A DNA stretch of 64,000 nucleotides from Octopus sinensis (Eukaryota): contig NC_043010.1 in assembly GCF_006345805.1 (NCBI RefSeq), forward strand, positions 34,038,001 to 34,102,000. The letters run 5' to 3'. The notes under the pieces were generated by a model. It ran no database searches. It saw only the letters and a program-made list of their open reading frames with translations, and had not been told where the DNA came from. Below are positions 1-13,232 of the stretch, piece after piece. Numbering within the stretch: the stretch's first letter is position 1; each line of letters starts with the position of its first letter. A program made the translations under genes and the position numbers.

Positions 1-79
1 TCAGGCAGTCGCGTGGATTCAGTCCGTAGGCTTTGTGACGGGACATCAACTCCTGCATTGGTTCAAGAATCACACACAG
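1..79 (-). CDS. LDB2: LDB coding exon 6 (LCVILEPMQELMSRHKAYGLNPRDCL...), truncated by the window edge
   Basis: Acceptor tttttctttttacag|CTG and the LCVILEPMQELMSRHK signature of the LCCD region. Confidence 0.96.
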   Translation of the reverse strand, partial: MCVILEPMQELMSRHKAYGLNPRDCL

Positions 80-244
80 CTGTAAAAAGAAAAAGATGGA
101 AACTATGCAAAGTTATGTATGCAATGACCAAATGCTACAGAATTAACCCGTTAGCATTTAAACTGGCCAGATCTGGCCTATCACACCTACCCTACAACGT
201 CATAAAAAAAATTAACAGTTGCCTCATCAAAATCTCATAGCTAC

Positions 245-510
245 AAGATACTTTTTTACTTGTTTCAGTCCTTTGACTGCGGCCATGCTGGAGCACCGCC
301 TTTAGTTGAACAAATCAACCCCAGGACTTTGGGGGAACAAACACAGACACACAACGGGCTTCTTCCAGTTTCCATCTACCAAATCCACTCACAAGGCTTT
401 GGTCGGCTGAGGCAATTAGAAGACACTTGCCCAAGGAATCATGCAGTGGGACTGAACCCGGAACCATGTGGTTGGTAAGCAAGCTACTTACAACACAGTT
501 ACTCCTGCAC
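245..510 (-). mobile_element. SINE family A copy with an internal deletion
   Basis: Head and tail match family A. Further partial copies lie at ~720-840, 4650-4740, 5045-5210, 10640-10760, 14400-14550, 17740-17900, 33235-33400 and 54605-54760. Confidence 0.8.
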
Positions 511-879
511 ATGATTAATTCAAATCAATGTGAATAAAAAAAGCATTACTTTTGATAGAACAATGTGAATGCTAAAGGGTTAACTGAATTAACTGAAAGA
601 GTAAGAGCAACACCTATGATTGCTAGAATGTTGAGGGGAAAGAGAGGAAGAAACCATTACTTGTGGGTTTATCTTCAGGAACCTTAATATTTGTAATGTA
701 GTGGATTCTGATATAGTTGTTTCGATGGACTTCTGCAGTTTCCATTAACTAAATTTTATTCATAAGGCTGAGATCAACCCAAAGCTATGGTAGTAGACAG
801 CTCACAAAGCACAGTACAGTGGGATCAAAAAAATTTACTACAATACTTTGCCATTGTTGTAGGGGTCCCCTTTCCACAA

Positions 880-1630
880 GTTATCTGGCGACTATGAAGC
901 AACAAATATTGTTTCTAATTTTGAAGGGAGGGAGTTAGTTGATAACACCAACCCTAGTATTTGTCTGGTACTTTATTTTATTGACTCTAAAAGGAGAAAC
1001 AACAATGCTGACCTAGGCAGGATTTGAACTCAGAACAAGGACAAATATATCAAGTTAGTTTTTCTTTTTTGATGCTTAAACAGTTTTGCTAGGGGTGAGA
1101 TCATCAATACCATTACCTCCACCTCCTGCTTCAATGGTACTTTATTTTATTGACCACCCAGGAAGATAAAAGGCAAAGTTGAGCTCAGCAGTAATAGATC
1201 TCAGAATGTAGTGTTGAAACAGCATTTTGTTCGATGCTCTAATGACTGCTAGCTCACTGCCTAATAATAATAATAATAATAATAATGATTTTAAATGTTG
1301 GCACAAGGCCAGCTATTTTGGGGGAGTGGGTAAGTCAATTCCATTGGCTCCAGTGCTCAACTGGTACTTATTTTATTGGCCCCGAAGGGATGAAAAGCAG
1401 TTGGCCTCAGCGGAGTTTGAACTCAGAACGTAAAGACAGACGAAATGCTGCTAAGCATTTTCCCTGGCATGCTAATGATTCTGCCACCCTGCTGCCTGAA
1501 TCTTTTTTACTATAAGAACAAGGCTTAAAATTTTCGGGGAAGGGGCTAGTTGATTACATTAACTCCACCCCACTCTACTGGTACTTATTTCATCAACCCC
1601 AAAAGGATGGAAGGCAAAGTTGATCTAGTG
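880..1630 (-). mobile_element. Cluster of about four SINE family B copies
   Basis: The same motif set recurs four times, separated by (AAT)n tails. Confidence 0.75.
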
Positions 1631-1664
<34 letters not shown>

Positions 1665-3129
1665 TTATCAGCATCAGTGATTTGAATTCAAAAGTTCAGA
1701 GGTCAATGAGTACTAGTGAGCTAATACTCAATCACTAACACTTCCATTGTATGAAAGAAATTAATTAAGACAGTGAGTTTACTTATAGTTGCTCAGTAGC
1801 ATCACACAATTCCCTCACACTCAGTAGTGCCTTTAAATTGGGGACAGTGACTGACAAATTGTGTGCTGGAAGTCTTGTTGGATCAGAGCTGATCTAGGAA
1901 AAACAGCACCATACACATATATTGTTGATAATATATGTAGTAGATTATTGGGTTCCCCCGCAGTACCTTGGGCAAATGTGTTCCCCTATAATCTCAGGTT
2001 ATCAAATGCTTTGTAAATGGAAACTTCAGAAGCATGCTCTGTTGTGTTTGCGTGTGTGTGTGCATTTGAATGTTTACATTCTGCATTGAGCTACAAATAA
2101 GTTCTTGATGTCCCCTATCAACAAAATTGTTCTCTATCCCACCACTTTTGAAGAAGAGAGGAATGAAAAATTCCTTACTTGAAAAGCATGTCATGGGTAA
2201 GGGCATCCTGCTGTAAAACAATGCCTCCATAATATGTATTTGTAGAGCAACCAGTCCTTGCAAGAACTAGTATAGTTCTAGCCAGGTATGTAATGCATTT
2301 GATAGAATAGTGGCATATCATATACTATATTTATCATGAATGAGGTGATCTGCATGAGCAGGTGGGATGAATAACAGATACAATGAAACATACTGAGTGG
2401 ATGAAACACCGTTGAAATCAGTGCACATAATTTGAAGTGACAGTGGCTTAGAGTGAAGAATCTTTGGAAAACAACTTGGGAAACGTTTTAGCTCTATACA
2501 ATTAGACATATACAAAGCCTATGCAAAAATGGCTTGAAATAGGGGCAATGAAATTTTCTAGGCAGGGTTGTTCATATAACAATCAATGTAATAATATTAA
2601 ATACAGACCGTTTTGTAGAAGCTGTTAATATCTTTAATTTGCAACATCTTTAAATTCCAGCATTGAAACTACAATTAAATAAGCATTTGATGGAAGCACT
2701 GTGCACAGTCTTTAGTGACATGACAGTGCCAATAGTAATTTGTCACTTTATTACTAGATCACAAACATTGGAGGTGGGTAGAGTCAATCTAAGTTAACCA
2801 TAGTATAAACCCAAAAAGATAAAAAGCAAAGTTGCTATGGTGAGATTTGAACTCAGAATGCAATAAAGACCTGACTAAATACTAAATACTGCTATCACTA
2901 ATAACAACAGTTAGTTTTGACCTCAGTAGATTACTTGATGCATGAAAGGCAGAGAGTAGCAAGGTTTGAACTTTTAAAAAATAACTAAAAACCACAAAAC
3001 ATTTCTCAAAGCACACAACCATTTCAGTCTACTACACCTAATAATAATAATAATAATTAATTAGTAATGTGAGCTAGGTTTCATATGAAAGTTCTGTGTG
3101 CTGATAACTTCTGTCATTTCAGAAGAAGC

Positions 3130-3600
3130 TATGCTCAGATGCAGGAAAGAAGTAGTTAGGAAGTACACAGGAGGTACATTGAGATCACAGGCAGAATAAC
3201 AGAGAAGAAAATATTGGTACGTAGAAGATGCACCAGGGTAGTTAGCAGTAAGAACATCAGTGAAAGAAATTCTTTCAAGTATCAGGATGACTGTCCAGAA
3301 CTATTAGCAATGGAGGCAGATGCCCAGAAAGCAGAATAACCAGAGTAACAACAGTATGGAAAAAAATTCAGGAGTCATTACTGCTGATATCAACAAAAGG
3401 TTTCTCTCTCTGAGTAACGGGCAGATTATGAGACTTGCATATGAGGTGTTATGTTGCATGAAATCTAGAAAGAAATGATTTGAGCTTGTTTGGCTGGATT
3501 ATGTTAGTGTCTATGAATGATGAAGCATGTAAGAAGTGCCAGGTGATCTAGGTGGAAGAACCCTACTCTCAGGATATTGAACCTCATGGAGGAGGCAGTC
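3130..3600 (+). mobile_element. Decayed RTE-clade LINE fragment
   Basis: Frameshifted translation gives CRKEVVR, ITGRITEK, ISNGGRCPESRITRV..WKKFRE.LLL..TKGFSL*V.GRL, matching the C-terminal part of the RTE reverse transcriptase ORF. Confidence 0.7.
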
Positions 3601-6600
3601 AGTTTCCATCTGTTCATGTAAGCATGGATGTAAAAATGATGATGAATAACATTGATATTTGATATATCACACAAGGTTTCACATTTTGGAAACACTAACT
3701 TATAGTTAGCCACAGTACTTGATTTAATTGGCTCTCACAAAGATGAAATGTAAAGGGATGTAACTAAAAGGATGTTACCCTACTGATTCTGCCACTCACT
3801 ACCCCCATCTAAAAATAAAAATAAATACAAATTAATATAAAGGCCAGTTATAGAATAGTTTTCACAAGCACTGAGTGTTGCACCACCAACAAATGAGTTA
3901 TTAGATAGCTACCATACCTTCAAAAAATGGGAACACAGGGGTGACAGTGGAAAATTACTGTGAAGATATAAGACAGGGACTTGAAGGCTGTAGAATTCTG
4001 TCACTTCTGCTGCCAGGTGTTTGAATGACATCAGGGGACCCTCCTCTAATTGAATGCTATTGTATAGTCTTTCTCACATGACAGGCCCTTGGAGGCATAA
4101 TAACAATGTTACATTGAAAGAGGAGGGAGTTAGAAAAGAAATTACAGGTATCTATGAATTATTGATGCTAGTGACTACCAAACTGTACAGGAACGACCAG
4201 ACACCTGTTCCATGGTATTCCATAAACCAAGTACATAAATAACTCCACTTTGCCTGGTTCAGGGGCCTAGTGATAGCAACACCCACTGGTCATGCAAGCA
4301 GTCATTGATCCAGCATAAAAACCATGTTACTCTTGCAAGCAGAGAAAGATTACCAACAGAAGATCAAAGTTTCCATCAGCTCAGGCAGTAAAGCTTATAA
4401 CAATTTGTAAAGGATATTATCATAAGAGAAAAGTGCTTTATGCTAACATGGGGAACTGTATGCGAAACACTATGGCAGTAAGGGAGCTTAATAAAGAGCT
4501 CTCATCAAATAAGGTTATTTTAAAAATTTATCATATATTGCAAATGGCAAACAGGTGCCATTGTCTTAAGTCCCTCGATTATTGGTTCACAGCATTTCTG
4601 TTCATGGCAGAAACGACAAAGGTGTGTGAATAGCTTAATACAATATGCTTTCCATACAGTTTCTGCCGACCAAATCCTTCCTAATTCCGGGATAATAGAA
4701 GACACTTGCCCAAGCATTGCACAGTGGGTCAGAACCCAAATGACATGCTATCAATTATTAAATTCTGGTGTAATAGTGGGGTGACAGATAGAAGCTTTAA
4801 TGAATTACATTTATCTCGTGGATGTTTCAGCAGTTACTTGCTCACTCATAAGATATCTGTTACTCAATACACATAAACACCCACATGTATTGTTCATTTA
4901 TTTAAGATCCATTCTTCCATGGTAGCAGAGGTTAAATGGAGGCAGTGTTTTAGAGCTTATTGCTAACCCATGTGTTTTTTGTCTCAGGAATTGTCAACAT
5001 GACTGCTTTTGCTCATGTGGTTTCATGCTTAGATGCCACACAATGTAACCATCCACATGACAGGTTTCCATGCAGTCTGTTTACCAATTCCACTCACAAG
5101 GCATTGGTTGATAAAGGGCTATAGTAGAAGACCCAAGGTGCCACAGAGCAGGATTGAACCTGAAACCACTTGAAGCAAACCTGACCACACACCCATGCCT
5201 GGATCACATACACACACAAATAAAAAGGTACTAGATCGGAATTGATATGATTAACTAAAATACTTGAAGGTATGACCCCAGATTGTCTGCAGTCTAATAA
5301 TAAGTGTTCTGCTTTTGCTGAGGGTCTTTGCTGTCTGGTTACTCAGAACCCCCCCCCCCCCAACAATCTATCTCATTCTTCCCCATGATATATAACTTTA
5401 TTTACAAACATCTTTCTGTATTACAAGTAGGGAAGGTTGAGCAATAGAAATGCTTCTACAGCAAGGTTGTCTTAGTGTTAATCACACAACAGTAAAGTAA
5501 GGAAATTGAAAAATTTTTATTTCATTAATAGTTAAATTGGAGTAAGCAGAGTTGTGTGCCTTGGCCAAGGGAACAAGCACAATGGCAATAGTAGTAAGTG
5601 GTTTATTCTTTTACATGTTTCAGTCATTTGACTGTGGCCATGCTGGAACAAGATTAAAAAGATTTTTTTTTTAATGACAGCTATCAGTGGAACAAGCACT
5701 TTAACCTCAAAGTCAATGTATCTCATTGTTAGTATTTACTGGCACTGAAAGTTGCTGAATACCTGGTATTTGAATATATTAATACTTCTCCATGCAGTTT
5801 GGGCCTAGACATATGGGTTAAAAAAACAAAACAAACTAACAAAAACTGTCAGCTGTGTTGCCTTCCCTAATGGTGTGGCAATGGCCACATGCAGAGTCCC
5901 AGGAATTTTTCGATGGGAGGACACAAGATCAGAAGGGAATATAATTCCCAAAGAAAAGGGTGTAATAACATTATCTAGAAGGGCACACTTCTTTCTTGGA
6001 GTGGGGTGTGTGGGGATGGGAAGAATCCACTCCCCTCCAGACTTGCTAAAATGATAAAATCTTCAGTAATTATTCCCTTTACAGCACAAGCAAAAAAAAA
6101 CGAACAGGCCAACAAAGGACTTCCTTGTGCTTGCTCAGTCTGCTAGAAATAGCAAAAATAAAGGACACATCATATAATGCAGCCCCTGATATACAAAAAC
6201 ACAGGATGGCCATGGCTGGAATAGATCGGTAGCAACAGCAGTAAATTCAGAATGCCACAACAGTGGGTACATTTGATACAATGCACAGTATTGCAAAAAG
6301 CAATGCAGGTTGTATCTATTGTCTCTCCAATTTTTAAAGCAAATATTTGCTTTATACAAAAAAGTCAACTAAATCTTCACAATATCATGGTTAGTCCACA
6401 TTACTCTGTAAGGAGCATAGAGTCAGTTTCCCTGGAAGGGACATTGGTTCATTGCAGAATTACTCATTTTTAGAAGCTGAGTGGACCAGTGAAATGAAAT
6501 GTTTCGCTCAAGATCACAACACATCACTCAATCCAGGAATCAAAACCACAATCTTGCGATCATGAGTTCAACACACTAACCACTAAGCCATACACCTCCA

Positions 6601-6905
6601 CTTATATTTATATATACATATGTTAAATACATATCATCAGATTTTATGCAGGCAGTATACATAATAAAAATAGTTGTTCTTCACAATCTAAGGTGGAAGA
6701 GGCTCCAAAGCTGGTGCTATCAACTTCCTTAATGCTGACTGTCAAAATAATATATAGTTCTAGTCACTACTAGTACTAACTACAACTATCACTATTAATA
6801 AGGCTCTTACACTACAAGAAGTTGCAGCTCACTAATTTATTAGACATATTTTTGTAATTCTGGTTACAAACAAAAGAAAAACAATAGTGTGGAGAAATTA
6901 CTCAC

Positions 6906-6986
6906 CCGTAAAAAGTTAAGTGTATAATTTGTCAGACCCTGTCTAGTAATATTTTTACTTAATTGTTCAACCATAGCAGGATCTTG
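6906..6986 (-). CDS. LDB2: LDB coding exon 5 (QDPAMVEQLSKNITR...NFLR), 81 nt
   Basis: Acceptor ttcttctttcttttacag|CAA, donor CGG|GTGAGT. Confidence 0.96.
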
Positions 6987-8606
6987 CTGTAAAAGAAAGA
7001 AGAAAAAAATCATTTTGCATATTTAGTATATATGTACACACACACACATATAAAAACAGATGCTTACATCTATACACGTCTATCTATCTATCAAGAATGG
7101 GAAGGGAAGTAAAAATTCCTTTAACAACTGTCACATTGCAACTGTGACCATATAATAGCATAAACATATCCCGTGTTAAGTTTTTCAAAGATACTGACCA
7201 CATATGTCTGTTGAATAGCCATGCTTTATGTGTTTGTCATTTATACTCAAGAAACATTTAAATGTTTAAACTTGAAAAATGTTTTAGCCATATTTTAAAC
7301 ATTAATTTGTATATAGATAGATGATCAAAGCAATTAAGTATACAGTAGTATTTATAAACCAACAAAACAAGACAACCTAGAACAGCAAGGTCTTAATTTT
7401 TTATCTCCCACATTTAACCACTTCTTTCTTATACAAAGTAATTCCTATGCAGATATGGGTTGACCAAGTCTATAAATTTCAGATGTATCTTCACAACACT
7501 TGGTGGAGAACATATTTTTTACAGTTAGATGCTCTATAGGTAACCATTCAACCAAGAAATTGGGTGTGTCAAACCGGAGCAAAACGGAGTTATGTACCTT
7601 AGGTGACCATCATATTCTGTTGCGAGTCATTGGACTGCTTCTTCAATGGTTTATTCCATTTTTTATTTGACCGTTATTATTCTAGCATATCAAACAACAA
7701 CATTGAACAACCATGGACAAACTGCAGCCCATGCTGAATGGAAGAGCCATGTCCCTTACAGCCTGCTTATCAAAAGACGTTGTCTATGCTTGACAGAGAA
7801 GCTTCTCTATTGACTTGTCTGTACAGAACATGATCAGTATAGTGTGGAGTAAAGTGTTTTACCTACCCTAAATTGTGACATAAGCTTAATAAGTGGAATA
7901 TTTAATGATGTAGAAGTATTCATCTAATTGAATTTGAAGATGACGATGACAACAATGAGTCTGTGTGTCATCAGCTATCATGACCATTTCTAAAAGAAAT
8001 CCAGAGTTAATAAACATGACAGGTAGCCCAACACATTAGTTACAACATTATCAAATAACACTACAATAACGTCTGTATCATCATATGCTCAGACCATACT
8101 AAAATAGGTCTCCCATGCCAACTTAAAGGTTGGAGCTTAATTCTAAAGTTAATCTAGATGAGAAATATAAATCTCTCCCAGGATAGAATATCAATCAATT
8201 TGCAAACAACATTTCAATATTATCAGAGAATGAAGTGCTCTGACCAGAAACAATAAAATACTGCAGTAGATTTGAACTGATGACCAATAAGCAGGTAGTC
8301 CAATACCTTAATTATACAGCACTTGGCTATCCCATCTCATTATCACTACAGATATTGCATTGTGCTATACTACATGGCACAGAACCATCGTTCATGATTT
8401 GTGTACACATGTTTTTATATCAAATATGCATACACAGTTTTTTATATGCTGGTGCCATGTGAAAAGCACTCAGCACACTCTGAAAAATGGTTGGCATTAG
8501 GAAGGGCATCCAGCTGTAGAAATCATGTCAAAACAGACAATCGGATCCTGGTGCAGCTCTCCGAGCTGCCCAGCCTGTTCCAGCACAGAAAACGAATGTT
8601 AAATGA

Positions 8607-8646
<40 letters not shown>

Positions 8647-8746
8647 ATGTGAGAGTGGGAGAAAGCAGAAGGGAGATATGCCAATAAGTTCACAGGAATA
8701 GCGTGCCATTTTTATAAAATAAGAAAGAGAGAATAAGAAACATTAC

Positions 8747-8869
8747 CTGCATTGCTATTACACTTCTTGGAATTAATTCTCGATGTTGTCTGGTAGCAAA
8801 ATGCCATGATCGAATTCTCATGAGGTCATCAAATGTAAATTCTAAAATCAATCTTCCTTCAGTGACTAC
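8747..8869 (-). CDS. LDB2: LDB coding exon 4 (VVTEGRLILEF...SVIAMQ), 123 nt
   Basis: Acceptor ttatccaattctacag|GTA, donor CAG|GTAATG, and the EGRLILEFTFDDLMRI signature. Confidence 0.97.
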
Positions 8870-10286
8870 CTGTAGAATTGGATAAAAGAGAGTTCATGAG
8901 TTCATGACATCTTCCATTTTTATATATGCACACACACAAACACAAACACATTCATTAACTATTCTGATGCCAACCCATCTGAAACAACCTCTGAGTTTCA
9001 AGATATATAATTGTTCATGTTTGAAAGTGTTGACTATAAAGTTAAAATACTACATCATAATTTTGTGACCAGTTCCATAATAGAAAAAAAATCATACTAT
9101 TACCTAACCACAAATTCTTATATATAAGTTGCAATGATAAATAACTCACACTTTCCCATTGTGTTTGCAACATTATAAACAAAATGGATTTGATTCATCC
9201 ATGAGCTGCATGCTACTTTTTATGAACATGGATTGCAGCTTTGTACTTACTCCAAAGCTTTTACTCTAATAGCCCTGGAAACCATTTGCACGTTACATCC
9301 TTCTTTTTTGCCTTCTCCCCTACCAATCTCTCACTAATCATTTCAACAAACAAAACATTCTTAGCATTATGGTTTCCATGCTCTTTAACATATTCAATAA
9401 TACATAACTTAAAACCAGCCAAACAACTCAAAAGGTTTACAATTTAGTCACTTTTTTCTATGAGAAAATATTTTTTAACAGAATTATTTTAACATTTCTA
9501 GCTACAAATCTGTGTATATGTAGGCAAGATGTTTCGACACAGTTTCTTTTGTTGACGGTCCCGGCTAATAAATTTTCTCTTGTTTACCCCTGTCAGTTTA
9601 AACATCTACACCATACAGACTTCCTAGGTAGTTATCTATATTCTTCTCAGCATTAAGTGGATGAAGTAAATCTCTTGTATGAAAAATTGGTCAAGCACAA
9701 GTTTAAATATTTCTCTCACAGGAGGAATCAAACTCAGTACTAAAAGCCAATGGATTGAGTTAATTTTACAATGAATGATTACTATGGTGAATGAACCTGT
9801 TTGAGAGTTGAATGTCTGGACCACAAACACAATACAATGTCAGTAGCCAAATGCAAATCACAGATCTCATCTTGTTACCTAGTAAATATCTCACCAATTT
9901 TGGCCATGCGCATTCTTACATACACATAACATGCTCATTGTCTCAAAGCAATAAGAAAGCTACATTGCTACCCTAATAGCTAGAAATAACAACCAAATCT
10001 ATCTCAAATCACACCCTTCCATGTTAAACACGGAGAAATACATTTGATAATGTAATTCTTATTTTAAAAAATCAAAAAACAAACAAACTTATCTGCTTAA
10101 TTAGGGCTGTCCTAGCACCTAAGCATAAAAAAAAAAGCAATTTTCTCAACTCCCACTGAACATCCAAATAGGTTTTTCACAATAGATATGAGATAATCTA
10201 TATTTTTGTATGTATACATAAGCAGGAAAACAAATGTCTAAGATGAGTTTTTGACAAATAAAATTTAAATTCAGTTTAGTCAGTAC

Positions 10287-10459
10287 CTTAGTAAACATGG
10301 GTTTGCCATGATGGGTGATCATCATAGCCTGGTCACAGTCTAGTGAAATGGTTGTATTATGGAATGATTCTTTGGGATGTTTTAGTAAGTAGTAGAGATC
10401 TGTTATGCCACCTTCAAATATACTGCGAAAATAGCGAGGTATTAAAGTCCGTCCAATTG
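10287..10459 (-). CDS. LDB2: LDB coding exon 3 (TIGRTLIPRYF...KPMFTK), 173 nt
   Basis: Acceptor ttttccccatttcag|CA, donor AAG|GTACTG. Phase 1 to 0, consistent with the neighbouring exons. Confidence 0.97.
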
Positions 10460-12639
10460 CTGAAATGGGGAAAAAAAAGAAAAAGAAAATCAGAAAAGGT
10501 TACTATGAGTTCAAGGTTAACAAATTCACAAAAGAGTCTAACTTGAGTTCTTTTCAAGAATCTATTCCTAACCAATTTCAGAATGAATGTTAACAGATTG
10601 TTTTGATCTCCAAATCTCTTCAGCTAGTCTTGAATGAAACTTTACACTTCAACCACACGGCTCTGGACTTTATCTCATTGTGTGAAACTTCAGGCAAGTG
10701 TCTTCTGTAATAGCCTTGGTTCAACCAAAGACTTGTGAATGAAGTTTGGTAGATGGAAGTTGAGCTACCAAGTACTGGGGACATTATAATTGACTAAAAC
10801 CAAGTCACTTGTAATCCAATGACTGAAACCAGTTAAAAGAGTAAATGAAGTGAATAGCTAGAAGAATCTAGAGCGCAGCAATTTACAGACGATTTGCTGA
10901 TCGTTGTTTGATTCTGTCTAGTTTTCATAGAAAGTACACATACACACACAATCTTCCACTATAACTTTTATTGAGCAGTGAGGTCATTCAATTTGTTTAA
11001 AAAGGCGGATAAATTCCTTTCAGATCACACTCTATTGTCATAAAAAAAGAAAGGACTCATACACTGAGTGAATAGAAGATGGGGTAATATAAATGGAACA
11101 TCTTTGGGCGTAAATCTGTTTGGTTCAAAGTTGACCCAAAGCTAAACAATGCAGGCAATGCATTTGAAATAATCTCTCTGCCCTACTGTTGAAATTGATG
11201 GTATTTCAGTAGTGAGGGCCATAAGCGAGGTTAATAAAGTGCTTAAGAAACACATTATAAGTTAACATGTTTAATAAAAAACAGTCTAGTTAATATAATG
11301 CTATGAGATGTGGTGAAGAAATAGGTAATGTGAGAGAAGGAGCTAAGATGTACATTAAGAAGTTCAACTGATCTTAGCTGTTAGGAACATTTGAATTACT
11401 ATGTGTGTGTGTGTGTATAAAAAAGAGAGAGGTCAAATGTGACGTGGAGTATCATAAAACTATGGAAACTCACATCATTACAAAGTTTAAGTTCACACTC
11501 AACTGTCAAAATAATCTGGGCTTATCTCTGACTTCAGAAAACAATAAAAGATGAACCACAACCATTACATGTAGATCTTACAAAAAAAAAGTCTAATTGC
11601 TAAACATTTATATAGAAACACATGGGAGATATCTAAAAATATAGAAAACCTTACATATATATACACATTCACTTGACAAATACTTTTGAAGTTAAGACTT
11701 AGGTCATGTTATTAAATCCACTTATTAAATCATATATAGAATGATATGGTTGAGTAGATATTGTAGTGGTTTGTCAGCTTATATCAGAGGAATGCAAATT
11801 CACTGTTCCCCTGGACAGAAGAATTTTTCACTGCCCCAATTCACATACATATAATTATACAAACACCACCACTACTGCAGAGCAGCATTGTCAATGAAAT
11901 AGCCCAGATGGGAGAATATGTGTATAGTCATGTTGAATTATTAAATCAACAAGATACTACTATACTGTGAGAATCACTGTCCAGATGGGTGAATATATAA
12001 AGTGCAAGATACTCTATTGTAAGAAAACAAAGCACCAGAAGGACGGAGAAAGCAAAGAAAATGAATTTGAATATTTTCCATCTTTCCACTGACTAATTGC
12101 CACACAATTTAACTCCCACCCACCCCATAACACTTGCACCAGCCACATTGTTTCATAAACCCACAATGTAGATGTATAGCTGCTCAATTTGCAACGAAGT
12201 TGACTCAGCAAGGAGACAGGGTAGCCACTATAGCATAAAAGGGGACTGTTGTATTTTGAAGACAAGAGACACAAGGTTCCTTATATCACAAAGGAAGGCA
12301 ACTTGTCTAGAAGAGTAATAGTAGTACTGCTAAAGTAATAAGGGGCAGTTTGAACAAGAATCATGTTGGAATTGTGAAGAAAGGTTGTCTGTAAAGAGAT
12401 TCAAACTTGGAATGCAAAAAAGTTTAATGAAATATAGCAAGGTATTTTATGCAACACTTTATATCAATTTTTCCATCCGATGTGCCCAGTATACACACTA
12501 AGGTATGATACTACAATGAGTTAACATTTTTTCACAGTGACTTTTATTGGTTTGGTTTAGAGAAAGGAGCAGTGCCCATAGCTTTTGCAAGTACTCTGAG
12601 ATCAATGAAACTGATGCAGTTAATAATTATTATTCTTGA

Positions 12640-12860
12640 ATAAAGCAGCAAGCTGGCAGAATTGCTAGCATGCTGGGCAAAATGCTTAGTGTCATTTTAT
12701 CTGTCTTTATATTCTGAGTTCAGATTCTGCCAGAGTTGACTTTGCCTTTCATCATTTTGGGAGTTGATAAAATAAAATAAGTACAAGTTGAGCACTGGGG
12801 TCGATAAAAATCGACCTCAAACTTGCTAGCTTTGTACCAAAATTTGAAACTAATATTCTT
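12640..12860 (+). mobile_element. SINE family B copy, plus orientation
   Basis: GCAAGCTGGCAGAATTGCTAGC...GAGTTCAGATTCTGCC...GAGCACTGGGGTCGAT. A second plus-strand partial copy lies at ~29405-29560. Confidence 0.8.
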
Positions 12861-13129
12861 CTTGAAGGTAGGACTGGATGCAGTGGTTAGTGCAGGGTGA
12901 GATTAAATTGCCTGAGTGGAAGTGACAGGAGACTAGCTACTCTGAAGAGAAGGAGCAACTGTAATAGTCTAATACTTAAACATTCATATAAAGACAGAAA
13001 GCAGACTTTTCAAAATATAGATTAATAAAAAGAAAAAAAAAACTTTATACACACAAACATTCACTTGATACTTTTGAAGTAAAACTTGAGAAAGAGCAGA
13101 GAGAAGAGACAAAATTATAGGATACTCAC

Positions 13130-13232
13130 TGTATCGTTTTAGACCATCTTCTAAACAGAATGTTAAAGTTAATGTTGCATCATCTTCAAAGAATTCTGTT
13201 GCAAAGGCATCCCACCAAAGATTATCACTTTC
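13130..13232 (-). CDS. LDB2: LDB coding exon 2 (ESDNLWWDAF...GLKRY), 103 nt
   Basis: Acceptor tttttatctcacag|GAA, donor ACA|GTGAGT, and the NLWWDAFATEFFEDDA signature. Confidence 0.97.

Noticed and set aside
13-240. 75-aa plus-strand ORF
   Set aside because: It is the antisense shadow of LDB exon 6 plus intron, with no recognisable protein features.
6984-6989. Possible NAGNAG alternative acceptor at exon 5
   Set aside because: The sequence is CAG CAA G; the second AG is 4 nt away, so there is no in-frame tandem acceptor.
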